Virus record (IMG/VR): IMGVR_UViG_3300031232_000004
Span: 1-63,319 of that record
Length of the DNA stretch: 63,319 nucleotides
DNA from: a virus
Lineage: Duplodnaviria; Caudoviricetes
Reading direction: 5' to 3' (one strand)
Of this stretch, positions 1-11,356 are shown piece by piece; within the stretch, counting starts at the first letter, position 1; every line of letters starts with the position of its first letter. Made by a program: the position numbers and the translations under genes. Below the pieces are notes generated by a model that was given only the letters and a program-made list of their open reading frames with translations, had not been told where the DNA came from and ran no database searches.

Positions 1-4
1 TCTG

Positions 5-3000
5 GTGGAAGGGGACACTTTAACCCTAGGCACAAATTGGCCTGAAGCCTATGTCCAAACCCCAACGATTTCCGATGGAATCAATGTTACCAGCGATTCT
101 AACTATTGGGTAACTATCGATGATCCTAGTGCTAAAAAACTAGAAAACAGCTTTATAGGAGCTAATACAACGGCTCTTCCCACTACCCCAACTTTATCTT
201 CTTATGTTGCTGACGTTCACCCTATTACCCCTAACTGTAAAAAAGGGGACTGGGTTCTGTTTAATGACCCAGGATTTTCTGGAACTTGGAGTAATAAACC
301 CTTCAGGACCGAAACTGATCAAGCTATAACCTTCGAAGCTAAACAGTCTGTAGCCGGTAGGTTTGGGCATACTGCCACAGCCTTAACTCCAGCCACCGGC
401 AAATTATCTACAGTCCTTTTGGTAGGTGGCCTTTCTATACCGGGGCCTGGTATAGGAGCACAAGGAGCACTAAAAGGCCGCAACGTTATCAAAACAGCCG
501 AAATATACAACCCAAACACAGGTGTGTACACACCCACGGCGGCTATGATTACCCCTAGGGCGTATCATACCGCTACTTTACTAGGGGATGGTAGGGTTTA
601 TGTTTGTGGTGGCTTTAATTCATCTGGGGTAGTAATTAGTTCTGCGGAAATATACGATCCAGTCGCTAACATATGGTCGGCTGTGACCGCCTTGTCTGAA
701 GCACGTGCCCACCACACGGCCGTCTTATTAGCGTCGGGCTTTGTTCTCATAGTTGGGGGATGGAGTGGGGCTTACCCCCTTAACACCACCGTAGAATATA
801 ACGCTGGGTCAAATGCCTATGTTAATCCGCGAACCATGATTTCTACAAGATATGGTCATTCAGCTATTGTTTTGGCTGGTGGAGACGTTATTGTTGCAGG
901 CGGGGTAAATTTTTCTGGAAGCAACCTTATTACCCTAGCAACCGCCGAACGTTACACAGCCTCTTCCCATAGCTGGGCTGGAATTTCGGCCATGCCCGTT
1001 GGTAGAGCCTTCTTTGGTTTTCAAACAGTTAGCGCTAACCGGCTTATTGCTATAGGAGACTTGGGTTATCCTAGGTTAGATAATCAGTTCCAAGAATCTG
1101 CCGCTCAAGAAACCTTTAATACTTATCTAGCGACCACCGATACGTGGGGGGGGACTACATCCATTAACGCTGGTTCAAGTTGGACGGCTGGAGAAAAAGT
1201 TAGGGTATGTCAACCTACACTAGGAAGATCTCTTACTACTGGGAAGGTTTGTTTGTTTAACGCTTCTTTCCAGACAATTGCTGGAGAGAATAAGGGGGTC
1301 AATCTAATCTTTGATGGAACAGAATGGGACAAGACGGCTACAAACACTTTCTCCAACCAAATCCCTGGCCTAAGTGGTTGTGTAGGGGTTGGGCTAACGG
1401 GAAACTCGACAGATACTGTCGCGTGGTTCGGTGGTGTTCCTACTGTATATAAAAATACGGTAGACGTATTAGACAACCGAACGTCTGGAGCACCGGCCGC
1501 GATTACTACTCTATATGACGCTACCTTAAATTCCTGGCTAATGCCCAACCCGCTATTCAGTTCAGTGATTCTATCGACAGACCGTCTAATAGTAACCAGA
1601 TCTGAAACCCCTCCTCAAAAAATCTTGGTTGATACGAATAGCGGTGTTAGCTATATGGCATCAACTTTAAGTGACGCTATTAATTCCAACGAAATACATG
1701 CAGAAGCCGAAGTATATAAAACTTCCAAGATAAGGCTAAGCAGCCCGTCCCTTATAGACGGGGCGATCCTTCCAATTGATAAAGACTTTATACTACCAAG
1801 TCTAGGGACAACACTAGCCTCTAGTAAAATAGCCCAACTAGCTACCACAGTTTCATCCAGTGATCTAAAAACTCCTTTCGACTTTACTATATATAATACT
1901 GGGGAGACATCTTCAGGGGTTCTAGGATTTGGACAAACCTCCAGTGTATTAAAATGGACCTACGATATAGATCCCCAAGCTACTGTCTTAGGGTTAAAGT
2001 CCTATATGATGGGGTCGGAAGCTCTAAATTCAACCCACTTTGGGAATATAAAGAATACACGCAACAAAATATCTTCGGTTTCTACTTCTGGAACCGTGAC
2101 AGACCCATTACTTCAACAGCCAGTAACCGCCACCAGCCTATTTTCTCTTAGATCAAGTACCCAGGAATACACTCCAGGCCATCCGGTTGCACTTATGGAG
2201 CCGATGAAGTTTGCTTACAATGATAAACTTATTTTAACCATTGACGGGAATACTGATACTCAGAGATATACCGTCCCCATGTTCCGAAAGGTAATCCCCA
2301 ACGATTCTACTTATGGGAATACTATCTATCTAAAGGACGGGGATAATAACAACAACCAAATCCAAGCAGCTTTTGGAAATATCTATTCTTTCAACGATTT
2401 TGTTTTATTATCCAGGGCTAGGGCTATCAGTAATGCTGCCAATGCTACACTTCGGGTATTGTGGAGATATTCTAGATATGGTGCAGAAGGAAATTCTGTT
2501 GGGGTAAGGTTTGTCCCCCCGATTGGCGCTTCAACATCGTTGTCTTATTCTACCAATGTTGTTCAGGATAGAACACACGCTTTCCTAGACGCCCCTCAAA
2601 TAACAGTCGATCTAGCCCTTCCTGCTGGAGCTAAAAGGACTTCTTCTACTATCGTCCCATCTACTCGTCTAATGTGGACCGCCACTCCTGTTTCAAGCGA
2701 CAACACGGTTCAAAAGAATTTGTTTGCTCTGGGATTCCAAGTAAGTCAAGGATCTAGGGCGACTAGCGGGGCCGTGACTTCCCTTCGATTGACCTGGCCA
2801 AGCTGGGCTGGCTCAACTGGGGTTGAAGAGTCGGATGTATTATATTACCAAGGCGTAGCCCCCTCCCCTACCACCCTTCTTTCTGGACAATTCGTCGTTC
2901 AGTCTGTGACTGCTGGGGCAGGATACGATACGGTAACAGTAAAGGCCTTAAAACTCCATGATGGTACATCTAGCTGGGGGACTGCTACAAACCCAGGATC

Positions 3001-5074
3001 GGTATCTTTGTGTGCAACTGCCGAAGAACGTTTTGATAACGCCACCACCGTAAACGACTGGTTTAAGTTGTCTGATATTTCTCAATACAGCGATTTTTCA
3101 GAAACAGGTGTGACCGATTTTATAGAACACTTCCCAGGAACTGTGTCTAGGATTTCAGCCGTAGACACTAACTTTAGATGGATCGAAACGATATCTCTTT
3201 CCCCCGATATAGCGAACGTTACTGGATCCACCCAATTCAAATTTAAAAAAGACGAAGATTTGTCGGAATCATTCCAAATTTGGGCATCAAATAACAGTAA
3301 CATTAGCACACTAGTAACGGCCATGAATGGTCTACCCCTATGTCCTATATCAGGGGTGTTTACTGGATCGGGGCCTGCTACAGTAACTGCTCCTACCTGG
3401 GAGTCGACTCCAACCTATTTCAGGTTAAAGGACGGGGTTAACTGGGTCTCAACCACTACAAACCCTGCTACAATATCCGACCCTACTGGTTTCACTCTGA
3501 AAAAATCGGTTGACACCACTCTGTCTTCGTATGCTAATGATTTTTCTAATGAAATTTTTTATATTGGCCCTGCTTTTGCAAAAGATATCACAAAATGGTT
3601 AAACACCAAGGCTATTACTGGACTTAGCACTTGTGCTTCAATCGTCACTTCAAACTATAACGAAAAGGTCCAAATATCATCCAATGTCCTAGGACGAGAG
3701 GGGTCGGTATTTGTTGAGGGTGGTAAAGCCAATATGGCTACAGCCCAAGTATTGGGGTCGGCCCAACCATCTCAATATAGCGGACTAGCCATTAAAAAGG
3801 CCCTTACGGTTCAAATTAACGATGCTGAAACCGATGGTTTTACTGGTGGTCAATGGGTAAAATTAACTAATACGAATAACACGTCCAAAGTCAACAATTT
3901 CACCAACACTTGGGGGGACAACAATAAAATTCAGTATATAAGCAGATACGGAGACATTATAGCTACATCCCCTGTTTATAGAGAGATCCACATCGCTCAA
4001 AACGCCTTAAATTATGTCGGTTTTGAGAAGATTGGAGACTACACAGCCATTATACTTTACAAAGGTATGAACCGAGATGTTGAAGCCCCAAATGAGTCCG
4101 GGTATGTGAGAATATATTCAACAATCGCTACTACGGTTTCTAGTGCGAATTGTGGAGTCTTTAAGATCCTAAGAGTTGGAGAAAATGAAAGTTGTGTTGT
4201 GTTGTGGATTCATACTCCAAATACACAAGAAGAACAAGTCCGGGCTGGTATAAAATGCTATTCCGCAGACTCCATTATGCCTGGGGATACTATTACCTTC
4301 TTGACCGACGAATTTGGGATTGGTAATAAAGGATCTTGGACGGTATCAAGTATTGGGGATAATTTTGAAGGATCTCCCGCCGATATTCATCTTGATGTAA
4401 CCAATAAAGCTACCGTCGTCTTCAGTGGATATCTAAATACAAATATTGAAAAAGTTGGGGTTAGTACCTCTACTCCAATGTGGGGGATTAAAAAGGTTCT
4501 AGGAATCCTCCCCGCAGTTACTGGAAATGCTTCCGCCTATATGCTTCTTGACAACGATGACGACTATAATATGTATTCTGAGTCCGCAGGAACAATTATT
4601 CAGTCTCTAGGAAAGATGGGATTCGATCAGACCATTGTCCATGGACGAGACGCCTATAGATATAATACAGGGCTTATCGCCGAATCTAAAAAGGTGGTTT
4701 ATGGAGATCGTGCGGCCCCCGAGGACTACCCAGGTATGGCAGCAGAAGGAGCGAATATCCAGTTCGCCGGGCCTACTATTAAGCGAATCCAAATATCGGT
4801 TGCGGTCAGACTAACAAGCAATGTATCTAATCGAGACATTGTTGACAATGTAAAATCCACCATAGCTGGATATATAAACTCCCAACCGATTGGGGTGAAT
4901 ATCCCCTTGTCGGGTATGGTATCAGCCATAGAATCTTTAGATGGGGTTTCGTCGGTGGCTGTGGTATCGCCTACTTATAATGCCTCTAACGACCTAATCT
5001 TAATATCAAGTGGTGAAAAGGCCATGATTATAAATTCTAGTTCTGACATTACAGTCAGTACGATTGGAATTTAA
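5..5074 (+). CDS. Baseplate wedge (baseplate-J/gp6-like) protein with Kelch-repeat beta-propeller; probably 5'-truncated by the window edge
   Basis: Kelch repeats (PRAYHTATLLGDGRVYVCGG, ARAHHTAVLLASGFVLIVGG, RYGHSAIVLAGGDVIVAGG). C-terminus (VKSTIAGYINSQPIGVNIPLSGMVSAIESLDGVSSV) resembles a baseplate-J C-terminal domain. Lies in the tail module. Confidence 0.7.
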   Translation: MEGDTLTLGTNWPEAYVQTPTISDGINVTSDSNYWVTIDDPSAKKLENSFIGANTTALPTTPTLSSYVADVHPITPNCKKGDWVLFNDPGFSGTWSNKPFRTETDQAITFEAKQSVAGRFGHTATALTPATGKLSTVLLVGGLSIPGPGIGAQGALKGRNVIKTAEIYNPNTGVYTPTAAMITPRAYHTATLLGDGRVYVCGGFNSSGVVISSAEIYDPVANIWSAVTALSEARAHHTAVLLASGFVLIVGGWSGAYPLNTTVEYNAGSNAYVNPRTMISTRYGHSAIVLAGGDVIVAGGVNFSGSNLITLATAERYTASSHSWAGISAMPVGRAFFGFQTVSANRLIAIGDLGYPRLDNQFQESAAQETFNTYLATTDTWGGTTSINAGSSWTAGEKVRVCQPTLGRSLTTGKVCLFNASFQTIAGENKGVNLIFDGTEWDKTATNTFSNQIPGLSGCVGVGLTGNSTDTVAWFGGVPTVYKNTVDVLDNRTSGAPAAITTLYDATLNSWLMPNPLFSSVILSTDRLIVTRSETPPQKILVDTNSGVSYMASTLSDAINSNEIHAEAEVYKTSKIRLSSPSLIDGAILPIDKDFILPSLGTTLASSKIAQLATTVSSSDLKTPFDFTIYNTGETSSGVLGFGQTSSVLKWTYDIDPQATVLGLKSYMMGSEALNSTHFGNIKNTRNKISSVSTSGTVTDPLLQQPVTATSLFSLRSSTQEYTPGHPVALMEPMKFAYNDKLILTIDGNTDTQRYTVPMFRKVIPNDSTYGNTIYLKDGDNNNNQIQAAFGNIYSFNDFVLLSRARAISNAANATLRVLWRYSRYGAEGNSVGVRFVPPIGASTSLSYSTNVVQDRTHAFLDAPQITVDLALPAGAKRTSSTIVPSTRLMWTATPVSSDNTVQKNLFALGFQVSQGSRATSGAVTSLRLTWPSWAGSTGVEESDVLYYQGVAPSPTTLLSGQFVVQSVTAGAGYDTVTVKALKLHDGTSSWGTATNPGSVSLCATAEERFDNATTVNDWFKLSDISQYSDFSETGVTDFIEHFPGTVSRISAVDTNFRWIETISLSPDIANVTGSTQFKFKKDEDLSESFQIWASNNSNISTLVTAMNGLPLCPISGVFTGSGPATVTAPTWESTPTYFRLKDGVNWVSTTTNPATISDPTGFTLKKSVDTTLSSYANDFSNEIFYIGPAFAKDITKWLNTKAITGLSTCASIVTSNYNEKVQISSNVLGREGSVFVEGGKANMATAQVLGSAQPSQYSGLAIKKALTVQINDAETDGFTGGQWVKLTNTNNTSKVNNFTNTWGDNNKIQYISRYGDIIATSPVYREIHIAQNALNYVGFEKIGDYTAIILYKGMNRDVEAPNESGYVRIYSTIATTVSSANCGVFKILRVGENESCVVLWIHTPNTQEEQVRAGIKCYSADSIMPGDTITFLTDEFGIGNKGSWTVSSIGDNFEGSPADIHLDVTNKATVVFSGYLNTNIEKVGVSTSTPMWGIKKVLGILPAVTGNASAYMLLDNDDDYNMYSESAGTIIQSLGKMGFDQTIVHGRDAYRYNTGLIAESKKVVYGDRAAPEDYPGMAAEGANIQFAGPTIKRIQISVAVRLTSNVSNRDIVDNVKSTIAGYINSQPIGVNIPLSGMVSAIESLDGVSSVAVVSPTYNASNDLILISSGEKAMIINSSSDITVSTIGI

Positions 5075-8000
5075 TGTTAACCATAAAAGAACTGTCGATA
5101 AGTACGGGGGTACCGACCATTGAAAAATGGTTTTGTGTTTCCAATCTTGAAATTATAGATTCCCGTATTGTAAGGATTTGGTTTACCCAAAAACCAAGTG
5201 ACGCTTCCCTTAGCTTAAGTTATTTTACCCTTACTGGGGGAACCACCTCCAGTATCAGTAGAAATACAGTTTCGGATCACTGTTTAGACCTATGGGTAAC
5301 AAATCTGACCCAAGGCCAATTCACCTTAGTGATTTCTGGTTCCGTAACCTCGTATCGGGCATCTGTAGCCTTAACCTCGACGGCTATTGTTTTTGATACT
5401 ATAAACGTAGCCGAAAATACCGTCAATAACGTCAATAACGTCAATCCAGAATCCATTATGAACTGGATTCCGGAAACGTTTAAAAGTAAACCAAAATGGC
5501 AAGGTTTTATACAGGCCTTAGATACCGGCAACCAGATCGTAAGGGATTTAGCCCAAAACGTTTTTAACCAATTATACCTATATACCGCTACAGACTCTTT
5601 CCTTAATACTCGCGCAGCCAATGTCGGGGTAAACAAACCATACAAACTTGGTTTGTCTGACGAGTCTTTTAGATATCTGGCTATTTCGGTCTCAAACCAA
5701 CAAATAATCGAAGAAGCTTTCCTAAACATAGCCGATATCTTATACGGGAAAGAATCTGTAAGGGCCTACCACAAAGCCGGAGGGCCAGGCCCTTATCGTT
5801 TATACGACGGCATGACCCTTACCATAGGGGTAGATGGGGGCAGCCTCCAGACCGTAGCCATTAGCTCTGAGCGCTATGTAAACATAGCCCAGGCCACAAC
5901 CCAGGAACTGGCAGCCGACCTTACTATTGAATTTGAACATGCTGGAATAAAAGCGGTACCTCTTAATATAAACAATACTTTATATATATATATAAAGTCA
6001 AAAGGGTTGGCTTCCAGCCTTACCATTGCTGGTGGAACTCTTCTAACTGCCGTCCCCTTCGAAGCGGGGGGAACACCCTTCTTTTACCAAAATCCAAACA
6101 CCTATGAGTCTATTTTTAGCATAGGGGCCGATCATAACTATACTTGGCACGTGGCCAATCCTTCAACAGGGGTGGTCCGGTTTGAGTCCCACGCCCAGGA
6201 CCATGTAACACATCCGTTTCATTTCCACGAAATCTATCCAGGAGATATCCTAAATATAACCGGCCCCGTTTTTCCAGCTTCGGTGTGTGGATCGTGGGTG
6301 ATATCAGATGTAAACCAGTACTATTCTGGGTCTAATCTCTATTCTTATATTGACATAAAATCGACGGCAACGGGGCTTCCTTCAACGATTGTTCAGAGTA
6401 TTGTAGAATCTTTTGTTGTAGTGAAGAATGTAACAATAAACTGTTATAACGATACCGGATGGGTGGCTGTTAATCCTTCCAGTGGGGAGGCTAATATATC
6501 TATCCCTTCCACTTCCAAAGCGGTACAAAGAAGCCCAAACAATGGAGCCTATCTAAACACGCCCTATACCTGTGAAACCAACTTAAGTTTAGTCCAGTAT
6601 AAAAATCAAGGCCAATCCTACGCAATTGGAAGATTAAACATCGGAGATTTTACTACCGTCCCAGGAATAAATGAAGGCCTAGAAGTAACCAACTTCGTTT
6701 CTACTACCACCCCCTTTAATTCCCCCTACAGTGAATATGGATCTCAAAGTTGGTTTTTAGAAGGTTCTGACCCGGCTTATGCCCTATTTGGGTCGGCCAG
6801 TAGCGGAGCTATTGAAAAGAACTCTCCAACGTCCTGGACCCAATATGCCTGGACATTTGGAGGGGTTAGTGGCCACCCTAGTTGGACTATAAGTAATCGT
6901 GGCTGGTTCCATCTTTGTACTAAAAACAGGACTAATAATGTAGTTGGATCTACTATATCCGCTACTTTTACCCACACAGCCTTTGCTACCATCTTCCCCA
7001 TCGCTATTACCATAAAGTCTGAAACTCGTAAAAACCAACTATTTATAGCCGGTGGATTTGACACCTATCTTACTTCTGTAAATGGTAACACATACTTTGC
7101 AAATGGAGTTTCCAGTACAGTATCTATCGCTACAACAACCCCCTACAATATGATTAAATCGGGGGCTTGTGAAATCCCCACCCACCACACAATTCTGGTA
7201 TGTGGAGGGGCTTTGACTGGATTTTTTGCAACTGCGGCAACAGATGTAGGTTATTTCTATAACCTTACAACAGATTCTTGGTCCCCTATGGTGGGTACCT
7301 TAAAAACAGCCAGATTAGATCACCAATGCATCCTTTTGAACGACGAAACGATCTTGGTAGTGGGTGGGAGAAATGGGTCGTGGGAAACTCCCGGAGCTAC
7401 ACATCCATCCAACACTCTTATAGGAAATGTCCTTAATAGTTGTGAACTTATCACCGTAAATGGAACTACCAATTCAGTAGCCCCGGTCTCAACAGGTAGA
7501 ATGGCCTATAAGAGGTTTGCTTTTGGTAGTATTGTTTTACCAGATGGACGGGTTTTGGTTGTAGGGGGTGTGGGATATCACGGAAACTTTAGTGCGGCAT
7601 TGTCTGAAAACCAAAACCAAAACGAGCTAAAGTCTGCTGAAATATATGATCCAGTTACTGGGGGATGGTCTTCGATCCCAGATATGTTGGATACCCATAG
7701 TTCCTGCACTGTTTCATATAACCCAGATCAAAATCAAATAATGGTTTTTGGTGGGCTGAATTCTATAAAAGCCGAATACCTTGACTTAAATACCATGACC
7801 TGGCATTACAGTGGTAATAAAAGGTATGGTGAATTTTTCCCCATCCTTACCGCAGCCTTTGGAGCACCTTTTACTATCCTAGATGAAATAGGGTGTATCT
7901 ATGGTGGGGGATATTTAGCTGGTGGGGTGTGGTATTCGAATACAAAGTCTTGGACTGTAAATAATAACTACCCAAATAAGGTAAATTACAACGGAATAAA

Positions 8001-8700
8001 TGGACTGTGGAGGGTTTTAAGTAACGACTCAAACTATATTTACATAACCCCTATGGAAAATCGGCACCAAGACTTTGTAGCTATAGCTGGAACGTGTAAT
8101 GTTACAAAGTTTAGAGCACCTACCCCAACCGAGGTAGGGGCAACTCTTATAGATCCTACAGCCCCATATCAAATAACTAACACTAGACTGGGGTTAAACC
8201 AAGTCTTAAAAACCGGAGCCAATTATTCTACAATTCAAGTAGACAGTGGGGGTACCAAAATTGAAAATGATACCTGGATTATAATTGGATACGGCTTTGA
8301 TTATCAGCAAGGCCCTATAAAATGTATCGGCCATGTCTCCGATACTGAAATAATGGTAGATCCTTCTTTTAGGTTCTCTAAAGACATCGATCCCAATGTT
8401 TTGTCTTATGCTAATACCGACATCGTTATTGTGAACCGAGGTGTTTACAGTTCTAATAGATCTTTTTCTAAAGAATTCGTGCTAACAGCATCCAACGCTG
8501 GACGTGAAGCTTTCTTGGGGTATATAAATCAAATATCGGCTACAGGCATTTACAAAAACATCGAAACTAGATACCCTTCAGACCGGGGTTTAGGAAATGA
8601 AGGCTCTTTGTTATCTGGTCTTGGAAAACTGTCGAATATTGTTGAGGTTTATGGTAAAGATGACGTAGATGAAGAACTTAAGGGGTTAAGAAATGTCTAG
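5074..8700 (+). CDS. Baseplate wedge subunit (gpI/gp7-like) with Kelch repeats
   Basis: N-terminal YLYTATDSFLNTRAANVGV..LSDESFR motif typical of gpI-like wedge proteins. Kelch repeats (ARLDHQCILLNDETILVVGG, SIVLPDGRVLVVGG, AEIYDPVTGGWS). Translationally coupled to the previous gene. Confidence 0.6.
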   Translation: MLTIKELSISTGVPTIEKWFCVSNLEIIDSRIVRIWFTQKPSDASLSLSYFTLTGGTTSSISRNTVSDHCLDLWVTNLTQGQFTLVISGSVTSYRASVALTSTAIVFDTINVAENTVNNVNNVNPESIMNWIPETFKSKPKWQGFIQALDTGNQIVRDLAQNVFNQLYLYTATDSFLNTRAANVGVNKPYKLGLSDESFRYLAISVSNQQIIEEAFLNIADILYGKESVRAYHKAGGPGPYRLYDGMTLTIGVDGGSLQTVAISSERYVNIAQATTQELAADLTIEFEHAGIKAVPLNINNTLYIYIKSKGLASSLTIAGGTLLTAVPFEAGGTPFFYQNPNTYESIFSIGADHNYTWHVANPSTGVVRFESHAQDHVTHPFHFHEIYPGDILNITGPVFPASVCGSWVISDVNQYYSGSNLYSYIDIKSTATGLPSTIVQSIVESFVVVKNVTINCYNDTGWVAVNPSSGEANISIPSTSKAVQRSPNNGAYLNTPYTCETNLSLVQYKNQGQSYAIGRLNIGDFTTVPGINEGLEVTNFVSTTTPFNSPYSEYGSQSWFLEGSDPAYALFGSASSGAIEKNSPTSWTQYAWTFGGVSGHPSWTISNRGWFHLCTKNRTNNVVGSTISATFTHTAFATIFPIAITIKSETRKNQLFIAGGFDTYLTSVNGNTYFANGVSSTVSIATTTPYNMIKSGACEIPTHHTILVCGGALTGFFATAATDVGYFYNLTTDSWSPMVGTLKTARLDHQCILLNDETILVVGGRNGSWETPGATHPSNTLIGNVLNSCELITVNGTTNSVAPVSTGRMAYKRFAFGSIVLPDGRVLVVGGVGYHGNFSAALSENQNQNELKSAEIYDPVTGGWSSIPDMLDTHSSCTVSYNPDQNQIMVFGGLNSIKAEYLDLNTMTWHYSGNKRYGEFFPILTAAFGAPFTILDEIGCIYGGGYLAGGVWYSNTKSWTVNNNYPNKVNYNGINGLWRVLSNDSNYIYITPMENRHQDFVAIAGTCNVTKFRAPTPTEVGATLIDPTAPYQITNTRLGLNQVLKTGANYSTIQVDSGGTKIENDTWIIIGYGFDYQQGPIKCIGHVSDTEIMVDPSFRFSKDIDPNVLSYANTDIVIVNRGVYSSNRSFSKEFVLTASNAGREAFLGYINQISATGIYKNIETRYPSDRGLGNEGSLLSGLGKLSNIVEVYGKDDVDEELKGLRNV

Positions 8701-9124
8701 CTCTATTATAACATCCCCTCATCTCTTGGTAAAAATCAATAGTATACCCTTTGGTCGTGTAGCCAGCTTGGATTGGACTGTCAATAGCCCCACTAGGGAA
8801 ATAAACACTATAGATCTACTGGAACCCGCTGAAATAACTAATATACATCTATCTATATCTGGCCGTATCTCTATTTATAGACTTTTAAGAGACGGTGGAG
8901 CAGAAGCTGCTGGAATGATTGGTACATGGAACTCTATGACCCTTGGTAAGTATTTTTCAGTCTCGGTAACCGACCGTAGGATTGACAATGTTATCTTTCA
9001 GGTTGCTAAATGTGTGGTTTCAAGTCAGTCCTGGTCAGCTTCGGCTAAAGGAACGGTTATGGGGCTAATTACCTTTACTGGTTTTCAGTATGTAAACGAT
9101 TCTCAGGACCTAGAACAAGGGTAA
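8693..9124 (+). CDS. Tail-tube-like / baseplate hub protein
   Basis: 143 aa, beta-strand pattern like the phage tail tube fold; position in the baseplate module. Confidence 0.45.
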   Translation: MSSSIITSPHLLVKINSIPFGRVASLDWTVNSPTREINTIDLLEPAEITNIHLSISGRISIYRLLRDGGAEAAGMIGTWNSMTLGKYFSVSVTDRRIDNVIFQVAKCVVSSQSWSASAKGTVMGLITFTGFQYVNDSQDLEQG

Positions 9125-9134
9125 TCTTTATTGT

Positions 9135-11348
9135 ATGGCCGTAACTCGTGAATTTAATTGGCAGGGCCAACAGCGGGTAGATTTACCACATCTTCGCGCT
9201 GTTGAATCCGCTGTTCGATATGACCTTGACTCTATAGGATATTGTCTTGTTGGGACTACGACCCCACAAATACTTAAAGGGTTTGAATTAGTTACGACTA
9301 TAAAAGCGGTCGACCTTGGATTAAAGGTCGCTGGAGCAAAGGTTATCCATCCCCTGGCTACCGATGCTGGATCCTTTTTTAGCGTAAGCGATACTCAGCC
9401 TATTGAATCCCTAAATCCAAACATTTCCATTAATATGGTTGGCAGTTGGATTCCAGGGCAAAACAATTATGTTGGGGTAGATTTTGTTAAGAGCGCGGAC
9501 ACTTCTGTTACAGATCTTGTAGCTTTTTCAGATCCTAACACTCAAGAAGAACAAACCTACAAAGTCCCCATCGCAAGGACGGCCCAATACAAGATCCATA
9601 TCAGTTCTGTAGACCATTCTTACAACCGTACCTTCCTACCTTTATATACCATTGCTGTTGACGGTGTAGGGAATGTTTCTAGTGTTATTGATGTCAGGCC
9701 CCTATTTGGCCGTCTAACCCCTGGCGGAACTGTTTCTGGGGATGTTGTCCCCTATGGATGGCCTGGAGGTAGACCGTCGGTTGAATCCTCTAGTAACCTT
9801 GTAGCAGGGGATAAGTCCATAGCAAGTGTAAAGGACCTGGTAAGGGCTATTCAGACGAGGGTGTGGGAAATTGGTGGGGGGCCTTACTGGTATAGCCCCA
9901 CAGCCGACCGTAACGTTAGAATGATCATGGGATCGACAACGTTTACCAGTACCGGGGAAGCGTTTGAAGTAGCTACGGGGCATCTCCATTGGAAGGGGTT
10001 GTCATTTATCTTCGATAACTCTCCAAAGTATTTTTGCACAATAGCCGATCAGCTTGGGAATCAGACCGGCCTAACCGATCTTGCCGATGGGGAATGTGTA
10101 TATTGTGATATAGATCGTAATACAACTTCCAATATTACCTTGCAAAAAGGGGTTCTACTTACCCTAGGCATGTCTTCCAGACCAGGCCAACGTTTTGTAG
10201 TGTGTTGGAGGATTGGTAATAACTATTATGTACGGGATCAGTCTTGGCCCGTCGGGGGTAGCTTTGGTAAGATTTCGACGACCCTTGTTGCAGGTCTTAT
10301 CAAAACTACTATTAATGCCAACGGCAGCGATCTTACTGCTCCTATCGCAGCCAGTATTGCAAACAGTGCCCAAGGGGGCCAAACTGCAACCTGTGGCGGT
10401 GTATCCCGTAACATAGGGCTTACCCCTTCTACTACAAACCTCTTACCAGCCGGGCCGCTATGGATTGGTGGAAACGTTGGGGACCAAGATATAGCTATCC
10501 AGCCCGCTGCTGGTTATAAAACTGTCTTAGCTGCGGAAACTAACGTTGACGCAGCCGTTACTATGTCCCAGTGTTCTCTTTCCACTCCAGATACTACCAA
10601 GATTGCTAAATTTGGCACCTTGTTAGTTGGAGACATACCAACCCGGAGTACGGGGGTTGTAAATGATGATTCGACGGCGGTGGTAGCTATAGACGCTAAT
10701 GGGGCTATTGGTTTAGCTAACACGGACTCAGTGTGGGATCCTGCTTTTGGATACCCTTCTATCCCCTCTACCCCATCGGTTGATAATTTTGGTTTAATTC
10801 GTTCAAAATCATTTGTAAGATCTGATAAGGTTTGGATGGAACCAGTTTCAGCTATATTCACATCGACCTATTTACTAGGCGCATGGACCAACACATCTCC
10901 AGGGGTTTGGACACAAACGGGAACAGCAGCATTGAACCCTGGGCAGTTTGGAGGTGTAACACCGACATTGAATATGCGAGTCTTAGTGTTATCGTCTGAC
11001 GCCACAGTTGAACCATCTCCAGTGCCTTCCGATCCTTATCAGTGGATCTACACGATTACAAATCTTGGCGGCGGGGGGAATAGTGCCGTTTTGACTAGAG
11101 CGTCCGATGCTAATACTAGCAAAAAAGTATTTAAAGGATGCTCGGTTTATCTAAACGCAACTGTTGGCCCCCTCGCTGATAATTATTTTACTATTGCAAG
11201 TCCTTCACCTTTAACACTTGAGACAACCCCCATGATTATATCCTTAACGTCTCCAGAAACAAGAGACGAATTTTGTATAATGTGGCATGATGGCACTTAT
11301 ACCACTATTGCCCAAGGTCCTTTTTATACTTATATCTTACCTTCATAG
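9135..11348 (+). CDS. Tail fibre / baseplate-attached fibre protein
   Basis: Follows the baseplate genes. C-terminal GVTPTLNMRVLV...IYTIT...LTRASDAN motif is common in phage fibre proteins. Confidence 0.55.
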   Translation: MAVTREFNWQGQQRVDLPHLRAVESAVRYDLDSIGYCLVGTTTPQILKGFELVTTIKAVDLGLKVAGAKVIHPLATDAGSFFSVSDTQPIESLNPNISINMVGSWIPGQNNYVGVDFVKSADTSVTDLVAFSDPNTQEEQTYKVPIARTAQYKIHISSVDHSYNRTFLPLYTIAVDGVGNVSSVIDVRPLFGRLTPGGTVSGDVVPYGWPGGRPSVESSSNLVAGDKSIASVKDLVRAIQTRVWEIGGGPYWYSPTADRNVRMIMGSTTFTSTGEAFEVATGHLHWKGLSFIFDNSPKYFCTIADQLGNQTGLTDLADGECVYCDIDRNTTSNITLQKGVLLTLGMSSRPGQRFVVCWRIGNNYYVRDQSWPVGGSFGKISTTLVAGLIKTTINANGSDLTAPIAASIANSAQGGQTATCGGVSRNIGLTPSTTNLLPAGPLWIGGNVGDQDIAIQPAAGYKTVLAAETNVDAAVTMSQCSLSTPDTTKIAKFGTLLVGDIPTRSTGVVNDDSTAVVAIDANGAIGLANTDSVWDPAFGYPSIPSTPSVDNFGLIRSKSFVRSDKVWMEPVSAIFTSTYLLGAWTNTSPGVWTQTGTAALNPGQFGGVTPTLNMRVLVLSSDATVEPSPVPSDPYQWIYTITNLGGGGNSAVLTRASDANTSKKVFKGCSVYLNATVGPLADNYFTIASPSPLTLETTPMIISLTSPETRDEFCIMWHDGTYTTIAQGPFYTYILPS

Positions 11349-11356
11349 GAACATAA

